Shown here piece after piece: positions 11,191-20,000 of a stretch of DNA of 20,000 bases (the stretch's first letter is position 1; every line of letters starts with the position of its first letter). The notes under the pieces are model-generated. The model was not told the DNA's origin. It was given only the letters and a program-made list of their open reading frames with translations, and made no database searches. The stretch spans positions 83,190,364 to 83,210,363 of the forward strand of contig NC_057719.1 in NCBI RefSeq assembly GCF_004010195.1, in the 5' to 3' direction. A program made the translations under genes and the position numbers. The DNA is from Chiloscyllium plagiosum. Lineage: Eukaryota.

Positions 11191-11311
11191 GGAGACAGTG
11201 AGGACTGCAGACGCTGGAGATCAGAGTCGAGAGATTGGTGCTGGAAAAGCACAGCAGGCCAGGCAGCATCAGAGGGGCAGGAGAACCGACGTTTCGGGCA
11301 TAAGCCCTTTA
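11191..11311 (-). mobile_element. Short Penelope-like insert with a truncated hammerhead motif
   Basis: Minus strand reads gataaaGGGC-TTAT-GCCC-GAAAC-GTC-ggttctcctgcccctctgatgctgcctggcctgctgtgcttttccagca. Flanked by tctgcctgtga (11180-90) and tctacctgcga (11312-22). Confidence 0.7.
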
Positions 11312-11373
11312 TCTACCTGCGACACAAATTTCAAAGAATTATGTACCTCTGGTCTCTGGGTCCTACCACACTA

Positions 11374-11630
11374 AAAAGGACAGAAGGGGCAACTTTTGTT
11401 TTTAAACACAGACAGCAGTTTGTGTGTGGATCGAACTGCCAGAGAAAGTGATGGGTGCGGGTACAGTTACAGCTTTTAAAAGATATTTGGCTAAGTCAGT
11501 GAATAGGAAAGGTCTGGGGGAATATGGACCAAGCACAGGCAAGTGGGACCACCTTAGTTTGAGAATATGGTCGGCACGGACTAGTTGGACCGAAGGGTCT
11601 GTTTCCATGCTGTATGACTCTGTGACTCTA
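11374..11630 (+). mobile_element. HER1/CR1 3' end inserted in opposite orientation into a copy of its own family
   Basis: WIELPEKVMGAGTVTAFKRYLAKSVNRKGLGEYG; tail ggaccgaagggtctgtttccatgctgtatgactctgtgactcta; approximate reverse complement of 10554-10790. Confidence 0.85.
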
Positions 11631-13304
11631 CCCAGGGCCCTGCCATTAATTGTAAAAGTCCCGTCCTTCTTTGTTTTACAAACCGTGTCTAGTGGGAAGT
11701 GATATCTGCTCATCCCAGTGACCGAATCACCTTCAACATAAAGACCAAAGGGGAAGGCCAAAGGAAGGGCAAGGGTTAACTACCTCTCGGTTCTGTTGGA
11801 GACATAGACAGACACTGAGAATTTACAGCAAGGGAAACAGGCCATTGTGGTTAAAGAGCTCTGTGTCAGGCCTATCCTTTATACCCTCTTCCAGCTACTT
11901 GACGCGATCCTTCCAGTCTGAGTTTGCTCTTGTATTTATACAGCTCCCCCTTAAAAGCATCCAATTACTCGCCTCAATTACCTCCGTTTGAGCCTCTTAT
12001 AAACTACTCTTTGGATAAAGGTTCCTATTCTCTGTAGGAATTATTAGCGAAACCCATGTGAAAATGTTTCTTTTATCCCAATCCAACCCCCCACCTCCCC
12101 TTCAAGACCCATGAGAGGTCACGAGTCAAACGTCTTTCTCTTTCAGACAAAAGGGACCTCAGTCAGTTCCTCATCAGTTATCGGGCAAGAATGGGACTGA
12201 AGGAAACAGCTCGGGACATGACCACCCAAGACTTTGTTTGAAGTCTGCTCTTAAACGTCGGCTAAACAAAGCGGGCGCTGGGTTGTAACCTGAAGCGACC
12301 CATTTCTCCGCGCAAGGTCACAGCCCAACGTAGCCCCCACACAAACAAAATCAAAACAGGACGGGCTAAATCTGTTTTCTCAGACAGCGACAGATCAAGG
12401 CCCTGGCTCGTGTTGACACAACACAACCTCGGAAACCAATGCTTGACAAAAGAGACGGTTATTGACACTCAGTCACAGAGTGTGAGAAAGCTAGCCCATG
12501 CTGCCCCCTCCCCCTCCCACCCCATCCCCCGGCCCGTAACCTTCCATCTTGACATGCACACAGTCTTAATAATGGGCCTTGGCTTCCTAATAATTCAGCT
12601 AAGTGCCAACCTTGACAAAACGGAGAGGCCCTAATCGCCTGGCTTCTTTCGACAGTCTGTCCATCTGGGCTAATGATGGGCCTGAAACCTTTTGAAGTAC
12701 ACCTTAAAAAGCCCGAAGCTGAAGCCTCAGTGGCTGCGTGTTTTTTAACCCTTCCCCTGCCTGGTCTGCCATCAGACACCTCCTGGAGATAGCGGGGGTG
12801 AGGAAACATACAGTAGCTTGGATGCTCCGCCAATCGCAGTTCACTCGTCGCTCCTCTCTGTTCCCGTTTAGTGTGAGTACCGAGCTCCACATTTCTCGCC
12901 TGGGAATTCCCAATCAGGCTCTGTGAGAAAAGCAGGGAATAGCTCGAAATTCCCCAGGAGGGCAGGATCGTCAAGGGAAGTCGAGTCCCTAACCCTGGTG
13001 CAGCACAGCCGGGCACTCTGGGAGCTACTTGCGGAAGTATTCAAAGAAAGTGTGGGGGTTAGGGTGCAGGCTAGTCAAGGGTTTAGGGGTGCCACGTGGG
13101 TGTTGGGACAGGGAGATAGGCTCCCAGGTAAATGACGGAGCGCTTATGGCAGATGGAGGGAGCTATGGTGCATGCAGGGTCTGGGGGTAATTGTTGGGTC
13201 TTGTGTGTTGGTTTTTGGGGTTGTGCTCAGACAGGGGGAGGCACTGTCAGGGATTTGGGAAACCTGAGAGGTTGTGGGGTGGGGGGGTGGGTCTACCTGT
13301 AACT

Positions 13305-13490
13305 AAGGAATGTAACTAGGTACTCCATACCTAAGATGGTGCCATGTGTTGGTGATATTATTACACTGTAATTAATCTAATAACTGAAGAAGCTGTGCCT
13401 AGGTACCTTTGTATCCAAGTAGTGACTTATCCAACTTTTCATTGTACTCATTAAAGTAGGTAACAATAAATTTAATTCAATTCAATTCAA
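13305..13490 (+). mobile_element. Retroposon 3' tail ending in AATAAA plus (ATTCA)n; family uncertain
   Basis: acttttcattgtactcattaaagtaggtaacaataaatttaattcaattcaattcaa; internal near-repeat tgtaactaggtactccatacctaag / tgtgcctaggtacctttgtatccaag. Confidence 0.45.
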
Positions 13491-13581
13491 CCTACAGCAC
13501 CATGGACTGCAGTGGTTCAAGAAGGCAGCTCACCACCACCTTCTCAAGGGGCAACTAGGGACGGGCAATAAATGCTGGTCT
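13490..13581 (+). mobile_element. 3' terminal fragment of the CR1/L2-group LINE
   Basis: atggactgcagtggttcaagaaggcagctcaccaccaccttctcaaggggcaactagggacgggcaataaatgctgg. Confidence 0.7.
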
Positions 13582-13719
13582 TTCAACTTGTGTTTGAATG
13601 GTGCCTTTAATATGTAAAAACATCCCAAGATACATAAGAGAGCGATTCTCAAAGATGACCAATTGGTCTGAAAAAAAAACGGGCAGAATTTCTTTCCCTT
13701 GCCCTCCCACAAATTGCCA

Positions 13720-13971
13720 GGGGATGGTATTCCCACGTAGCTTCTGCCCTTGTCCTTCCAAGCAGAAGTTGTCGTGGGTGCTGTCTGAGGAGCTTTGGTA
13801 AATTTCTGCCGTGCATCTTGTAGATGGTACACACTGCTGCTCCTGAGCATTGCTGGCGGAGCGTGTTGGTGTTTGTGGATGTGGTGCCACAAAGCGGGCT
13901 GCTTTGTCCTGGATGGTGTTAAGCTTCTTGAGTGTTGGTGGAGCTGCACCCATCCAGGCAAGTGGGGAATA
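13720..13971 (-). mobile_element. CR1/L2-group LINE ORF2 C-terminal fragment
   Basis: YSPLAWMGAAPPTLKKLNTIQDKAARFV and VCTIYKMH, a post-RT 'EYxxxxW...LxxIQxxAAR' motif of non-LTR retrotransposons. Confidence 0.75.
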
Positions 13972-14884
13972 AGAATCAGATGAATTCAATATTAAAGGCT
14001 TTCAGGTGGGAAGCTACAATGAGAGTACTGGGATTATTGAGTAGCAAATTTCAAATTCTCCACGATGGAGAATGGAGAGGAAAGGGCAGTCCCTTCTCAT
14101 TCAAAACAATAATTTCTACCAAGGGTCTCCGTTTCTCTCCTGACGCCAGGGCTGTTCCCATCTACGCTCACTGAAGTGAGTCAGTGAAGGATAAAGCTGT
14201 GGACCCAAATCGTCGAAGGTTTAATCATTCATCCGTTGCTGGGGGAGTTGTGGGAACCTGTAGTGCACAAACGCCTCACTGGGCCAACTCACCTCGGTAA
14301 CCACAGAGGGCGGTGCGGAACTTACACACAGCCCGACCGTCAATCCCCCACTCAGACTCGCTCCGACGCCATCGCTGACAACACCGTCAGCGGCAACACC
14401 AACACGAACAGCAAAAAACTTGTACGGATATGCAGCAAAGGAACGGCCCACGACCTTTCCCAGGAATGCTGTCAGCCAAACGCTGACACTGAAAACTCAG
14501 TTGCGGGGCTGGAGGGGTTCTCACAGTGAGGAGTTGAAACCGGAGGATGAGAATCTTAAACCGGCTGGAGAAGGTGGCAGAGGGGATATAGTGCCAGTCA
14601 GGATCCGTGTAACATCTTGGTGTCATTAAGGAACAGAAGGGGACCGGACTGCTCATTAAGTCCATGCTAACGTCTGCGGGGGCAAAAAACAGTTGGTCCC
14701 ACTCTCCAGCTTTCTCCCTTGTGGAGTTTGTTGAGTACGGGTTCCCTTGGTAACAGGCAAATGGCCAGCCCAGCTGGAACTCATCACCTGAGCCCTTCAT
14801 AAAGTAGATCCAGATGGTGGGGGTGGGAGGGGGGGAGCTCACCCCTGCTGATCGTCTGCCCCTTTTCCGTGGTTACGTTTGTGC

Positions 14885-15780
14885 CCGGGTGTCTTTGGAG
14901 AAGGAGCAGGCCGTGCCCATCAATGCTTTTGATGCCTTTCGAGAGAGGTAGGCGCGGGATGGGGGGGGTACAGTGCTTTATCTCCTCCTCAGCTCCATTT
15001 TGATTTAATCTCTATCTCCCTCCCACCAACCGATTGCTTGCATTGCCCATAATGACCTTTGCCTTTAAATTTCTAATTGGCTACATGGGTGTTTTACTGG
15101 TAGCGCTGGTTAGTAGTTTAAAAAAGTTAAAAAAAAAGCATGGTGATTTGGTGGTGGGAAAGCCACAGTGCGTGATTACACTTCCTGATTCAATAAAAAT
15201 AAAGTAGTAGACCCAGAAGGACTCTTGTGGTGTAGTGGTAGTGTCCCCACCTCTAAGCCAGGAGGCTGGGGTACAAGTCCCACCGGCTCCAGAAATGTGT
15301 GCAATAAGGTTGATTCAAAATAAAGCAGACGCAGAAGGGATCTTGTGATGCAACGGTAGTGTTCTTGCCTCGGAACCAGGAGGCCTGGGTTCAAGTCCCA
15401 CCACCTGCTCCCGCGATGTGTAATAACATCTCTGAATAGGTTGATTCAAAAATATCTTTTAATAAAAAAAAAGACCCAGGTCATTCAGAGGGAGCACATC
15501 ATAACCATCAATGCTCATGACGCCTATATTCAGCACTGAGGGGGAGACTGTACTTATTTTCTCCCACTGACTCCATTTTGGTTTAATCCCTTCCCTGTCT
15601 CCCTCACCCTCCCTCAGTTTGATGGTTTGCATCACCCTTAATGGACTTTGTCTGCAAATGTTTCATTGGCTATACGGGTGTTTTACTGGTAGTAATTAAT
15701 AGTTAAAAACAACAAAAAAAAAGGTCACAGGGATTTGGTGGTGAGAAAGCCTGTGTGATAACACTTCTGGATATAGAAAA
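14885..15780 (+). repeat. Diverged ~300 bp direct repeat (about 14885-15190 and 15475-15775), possibly within a solo LTR spanning ~14870-16275
   Basis: Shared blocks in order: ccatcaatgct, ctccattttgrtttaatc, attggctayaygggtgttttactggtag, gatttggtggtgrgaaagcc, gtgatwacacttc. Confidence 0.75.
15217..15471 (+). mobile_element. Head-to-tail dimer of a short (~110-120 bp) tRNA-derived SINE with A-tail and 8-bp TSD
   Basis: Two units with A-box tggtgtagtgg / tgatgcaacgg and B-box ggtacaagtcc / ggttcaagtcc, both ending aggttgattcaaaa. AGACCCAG at 15209-16 and 15472-79. Confidence 0.75.
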
Positions 15781-16344
15781 TTGGAAACAGAAAGAGGAAA
15801 ACCAGACCTGAGTCTGCAGCACTGTCTGCGCCGAGCTGCGACTAGCCTACGTACTTCACGAGTAGTGGCTCTATTTTGGTGTTCTGCGATAAAACATTTT
15901 GCTTTCCAGTTGGTTTTCCTGAGTTAGTAAAGTGCAGAATGTTGCCGAAAAGAAATACTCATCAGCTGAGTTAAAAATTGGAGAGTTAAGAAAGGAGTTA
16001 TACTTCATTGGGGTTGAGTATCCATAAAGGATACTGATGGGAAAAAGGCAGAAATTTTCTTTATGCTGTTTATGATAAAACATTTCCAATATATGCAACT
16101 TTGTTTTTGTGTATAGTACACTTTTGTTAAAAGCACATTGGCAGCCTCTTGTAAATGTGTTCAGTGAATGATCACCACGATAACCAAAGTTCAAAAATAA
16201 AACTTATGATCTATCAAGCCAGGTTTTACGTCAGAATCTGTCTTACACAGTATTACCATCAGCTGGGATCAGTCATGCAATAAAATTATGGCTAATATGA
16301 TTGATCCACATCCCTATCTGCCTGAGTAGCCTGTCTTCTCCTTG

Positions 16345-18318
16345 TTTACCCATAATTCATCCAGTGCCCTGTGTATCTGAAACATAATTAGATTAGATTA
16401 CTTACAATGTGGAAACTGGCCCTTCAGCCCAACAAGTCCACACCGACCCTCCGAAGAGCAACCCACCCAGACCCATTCCCCTACATTTACCCTTTCACCT
16501 CACACTACGGTCAATTTAGCATGGCCAATTCACCTAACCTGCACATTTTTGGACTGTGGGAGGAAACCGGAGCACCTGGAGGAAACCCACGCAGACACGG
16601 AGAATGTGCAAACTCCACACAGACAGTTGCCTGAGGCAGGAATTGAACCAGTGTCTCTGGCGCTGTGAGGCAGCAGTGCTAACCACTGAGCCACCATGCC
16701 GCCCTAATGCTTTATGCTTTATTCAATTCCCCTTGCAAGCAACAATTCCATTCTTCTGGCTTCCCTAATTACTTGTTGTATCTGCAAACTAAAAATTTGT
16801 GATTCATGTACAAGGACACCCAGATACCTCTGCACCTTAGGGCTCTGCAATCTCACACCATTCAGACATTTTAAAATAGTTTTAATTCGAGTTGCCAAAA
16901 TGGACAACTTCACATTTTACCACAAGGTAGTAGATATTTGCTCACTCACTTATCTATATCCTTCATGCAGCCTCCTCATGTCCCCTTCACAGCTTACTTT
17001 TCTATCCACCTGACCTCATCAGAAAATAGAGCTACCATATCATCAGTTCCCTCATATAACCTTCAATTCGAGAAATTATTTTTAAAAACTGATCCCTGTG
17101 GCATTGTTACATCTTGCCAGCCAGAAAATGACCCATCTCTACTATTCTATTTCCCACTTATTAGACAATCATCTATCCACGCCAATATATTACCCCAAGC
17201 CCATGAGGTCTTACTTTCCATAATTACCTTCCATGTTGCACCTCATTAATGGCTTCAGCAAATTTAAGTACAGTAGATCTACCAGATCCCCTTTCTCTAC
17301 AGTACATGACCTTAAAGAACTCCAGAAAACTAGTTAAATATGATTTCCCTTTCACGTATTAACTCTTCCTGATTACCTTAAACTCTTGTAAGTGCACTGC
17401 TATAATAATGGGCTCGCACATCTTCCTTCGGACAGATGTTAAGCTAACTGACTTTGTTTAAAAAGAGCGGGAGACAGAAAGGAGGAGCTAAACTGACTAC
17501 TTTCCAATCTGATGGTGATTTCCCTGAACCTTGGGAATTTTCTAAAATGTAAACCAATGCAGCAACTGTCCCACCAGCCACGTCTTTAGCGAGCCTAGAT
17601 AAAGTTCATTGGGATCTGAGGACTTGTCAGCTTACAGCTCCAAGGTGGTCAGTGACTGGACCACAATTACAACTTTTTTTTTTAAAAACGTTCCTCCCTC
17701 CCTTCCATTTCCTGATTTACCACCCATTTCTGGGATGTTATTTCTTTCTGCTACAGTGAAAACTGTTGTAATATATCCATTCAACTCATCTGCCATTTCC
17801 TTATTTCCTATTAGCTCTATAGACTCACGACATGACCAAAACTCACTTTGTGAACTCTTCTCTCTTGTAGATATCTACAGAAACTCTTATTGTTTTAACA
17901 TGACTAACTAGTTTCTTTTCCCCTCATATTCCAATTTTCCCTTCTTGTTCATTTTTTAAACATTCTTTGCTTTTTTAAAAATAACATTCTGAGCTACCAT
18001 TCATCTTTGTGTAATTATATAGTTTGATACTATCTTTAACTTTTCACATTAACCATGGCAGGTGGATCCTCCCCTTCGAATTAAAGTCCTTCTGTGGGTG
18101 GTGTCCATGTTGTATATTCTGAAATAGCCCATGAAACGTGTGCCACAGCATCTCTGGTGACCCCATCCCATGCTCGAATTTTTCACTTCACTTCAGCGAG
18201 CCCTGGTTTCATGCTTTCACAACTGCCCAGATTTTAAAATACTAGTCTCGGACCCACTCTTCTGTCCCTCAAAAGTTTAATTATATTATCATCGTTGCTC
18301 CCTAAGTGGGCACACTAT
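16345..18318 (-). mobile_element. Long degenerate CR1 LINE ORF2 fragment, interrupted by an HE1 SINE at 16388-16704
   Basis: Minus ORF LNGVRLQSPKVQRYLGVLVHESQIFSLQIQQVIREARRMEL (CR1 'DLGV' region); further decayed RT and linker sequence to ~18318. Confidence 0.7.
16388..16704 (-). mobile_element. HE1-like V-SINE
   Basis: Full reverse copy with ttagattagatta tail; TAAT on both flanks. Confidence 0.92.
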
Positions 18319-18320
18319 GC

Positions 18321-18650
18321 GGGCAGCATGGTGGCTCAGTGGTTAGCACTGCTGCCTCACAGCGCCAGGGACCCGGGTTCAATTCCCACCTCGGGCAACT
18401 GTCTGTGTGAAGTTTGTACGTTCTCCCCCTGTCTGTGTGTGTTTCCTCCGGGTGCTCCAGTTTCCTCCCACGGTCCGAAGATGTGCAGTGTAGATGAATT
18501 GGCCATGCTAAATTGCCCACTGTGTTATGTGCATTAGTCAGGGGTAAATGTAGGAGAATGGGTCTGGGTACATTGCTCTTCGGAGGGTCGGTGTGGACTT
18601 GTTGGGCCAAAGGGCCCGTTTCCACATTGTAGGGAATCTAATCTAATCTA
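18321..18650 (+). mobile_element. HE1-like V-SINE with (AATCT)n tail
   Basis: gggcagcatggtggctcagtggttagcactgctgcc ... gtagggaatctaatctaatcta. Confidence 0.92.
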
Positions 18651-18701
18651 TCCTCTATGCAGTGGTACAGACGCATTGGGGTGGGGGTGGGGGTGGGGGG
18701 G

Positions 18702-19058
18702 TCATAGAATCCCTACAGTATGGAAGCAGGCCATTTGGCCCATTGAGTCCATACTGATCCGTCGGTGCACCCCACCCAGACCTAATCCCCACCCTAACCC
18801 TGTAACAATGCATTTCCCATGGTAAACCCACCTAGCCTGCATCCCTGAACACTATGGGCAATTTAGCATGGCCAATCCACCTAACCTGCTCATCTTTGGT
18901 CAGTGGGAGGAAACCGGAGCACTCAGAGGAAACCTACGCAGACACGGGGAGAATGTGCAAACTCCACACAGACAGTTGCTCAAGGCTCTGAATTGAATCT
19001 GAGTCCATGGCACTGCGGGGCAGCAGTGCTAATAGTGAGCTAACGTGCTAATCTGCCC
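18702..19058 (-). mobile_element. HE1-like V-SINE, long variant with ATTCTATGA tail
   Basis: tcatagaatccctacag tail; shares the extra middle segment with the 3297-3640 copy. Confidence 0.9.
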
Positions 19059-19069
19059 TAATACGTGAA

Positions 19070-19281
19070 TAACAAACTTAGTGTGCAGGAACAGCAAATG
19101 ATGAAGGAGGCAAATAGAATGTTGGCTTTATTATAAGGAGAGTGCGTTGAAAGGTGCAGGTGTTTTGTTGCAGTTGCTCAGGTCCTTTCTGAGACCACAT
19201 CTTGAGCACTACATACAGTTTTGTTCTCCCTATTTCACAAATGACGCAACTGCCCTAGAAGCAGGTCATAGAAAAGCTCAC
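19070..19281 (+). mobile_element. Old CR1 ORF2 fragment
   Basis: aaggaggcaaatagaatgttggcttt ... ctgagaccacatcttgagcactacatacagttttgttctccctat corresponds to the 'ANRML...RPHLEYxxQFWSPY' block. Confidence 0.65.
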
Positions 19282-19299
19282 TTCTCTCATTTCTGTGAT

Positions 19300-20000
19300 C
19301 TATAATGTTAAGGGTTTAGATGGAGAGGAATTTGTTAAGTGTGTACAAGACAATTTTCTGATTCAGTATGTAGATGTACTTACTGGAGAAGGTGCAAAAC
19401 TTGACCTACTCTTGGGAAATAAGGCAGGGCAGATGACTGAGGTGTCAGTGGGGGAGCACTTTGGGGCCAGCGACTATAATTCTATTCGTTTTAAAATAGT
19501 GTTGGTAAAGGATAGTACGGATCTAAAAGTTAAAGTTCTAAATTGGAGACAGGCCAATTTTGACGGTATTAGGCAAGAACTTTCAAAAGCTGATTGGGGG
19601 CAGATGTTCGCAGGTAAAGGGACGGCTGGAAAATGGGAAGCCTTTAGAATTGAAATAACGAGAATCCAGAGAAAGTATATTCCTGTCAGGGTGAAGGGAA
19701 AGGCTGGTAAGTGTTGGGGAATACTGGATGACTATAGAAATTGAGGTTTTGTTTATGAAAAAGAAGGAAGCATATGTCAGGTATAGACAGGATAGATCGA
19801 GTGAATCCTTAGAAGAGTATAAAGAAAGTAGGAGTATACTTAAGAGGAAAATCAGGAGGGCAAAAAGGGGACATGAGATAGCTTTGGCAAATAGAAGAAG
19901 CGTGGTAAGGACAAGCCAGGAAACTATAGACAGGTGAGCCTGACCTCGGTGGTGGGCAAGTTGTTGGAGGGAGTCCTGAGGGATAGGATGTACATGTATT
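19300..20000 (+). mobile_element. CR1/HER1 ORF2 fragment (end of APE endonuclease, linker, start of RT), frameshifted and internally deleted; runs off the window
   Basis: FVKCVQDNFLIQYV...LDLLLGN...VGEHFGASDYNSIRF (endonuclease SDH motif reads SDY), NWRQANFDGIRQEL, then KPGNYRQVSLTSVVGKLLEGVLRDRMYMY at ~19913-20000. Confidence 0.9.

Larger units (their letters stand above)
10554..11682 (-). mobile_element. HER1/CR1 LINE 3' portion, interrupted at 11191-11311 and 11374-11630
   Basis: Minus ORFs give LRLYRTLVRPFQEYCVQFWSPCYRKDIIKLERVRKR and LEGLSYKNRLERLGLFSLECRRLKGDLTEFCKITRGID, classic CR1 ORF2 C-terminus. Tail (TGACTCTG) at ~10555-10565. Confidence 0.88.

Noticed and set aside
12125..12180. 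CUGAUGA...GAAA on the minus strand as a third hammerhead
   Set aside because: No clean stem II adjoining GAAA and no stem I/III pairing.
12459..13016. 185-aa minus-strand ORF, the longest in the track
   Set aside because: No homology I recognise, no ATG start and no convincing splice context; expected by chance in GC-rich DNA.
15219..15410. Bona fide tRNA genes (also the HE1 heads)
   Set aside because: A/B boxes are present, but acceptor and anticodon stems are degenerate and SINE bodies follow.
19295..19744. 149-aa ORF as a host gene
   Set aside because: It is a frameshifted CR1 ORF2 endonuclease/linker fragment.

Overview
Eukaryotic, repeat-dense intronic DNA from a cartilaginous fish. 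The shark call rests on HE1-type V-SINEs and HER1/CR1 LINEs recognised from memory. The only host coding sequence I can support is three consecutive minus-strand exons (10139-9990, 7477-7394, 5102-5021) encoding the N-terminal coiled coil of a PLEKHH-family protein, closest to PLEKHH2. Splice sites are GT-AG and the phases join in frame. The rest is mostly layered transposon debris: seven HE1-like SINEs, many CR1/HER1 and L2-like LINE fragments (several nested), a TA-flanked Tc1/mariner-pogo MITE, a Meta-type SINE, a TSD-flanked dimer of a short tRNA-derived SINE and a possible solo LTR. The most striking unexplained structure is a pair of ~100-120 bp Penelope-type inserts carrying minimal hammerhead ribozyme motifs. 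The copy at 2482-2523 is structurally complete and antisense to the gene; the copy at 11288-11313 is sense and has a broken core. I see no convincing wholly new biological system. Repeat family names come from recall, not a database search, and repeat boundaries are approximate.
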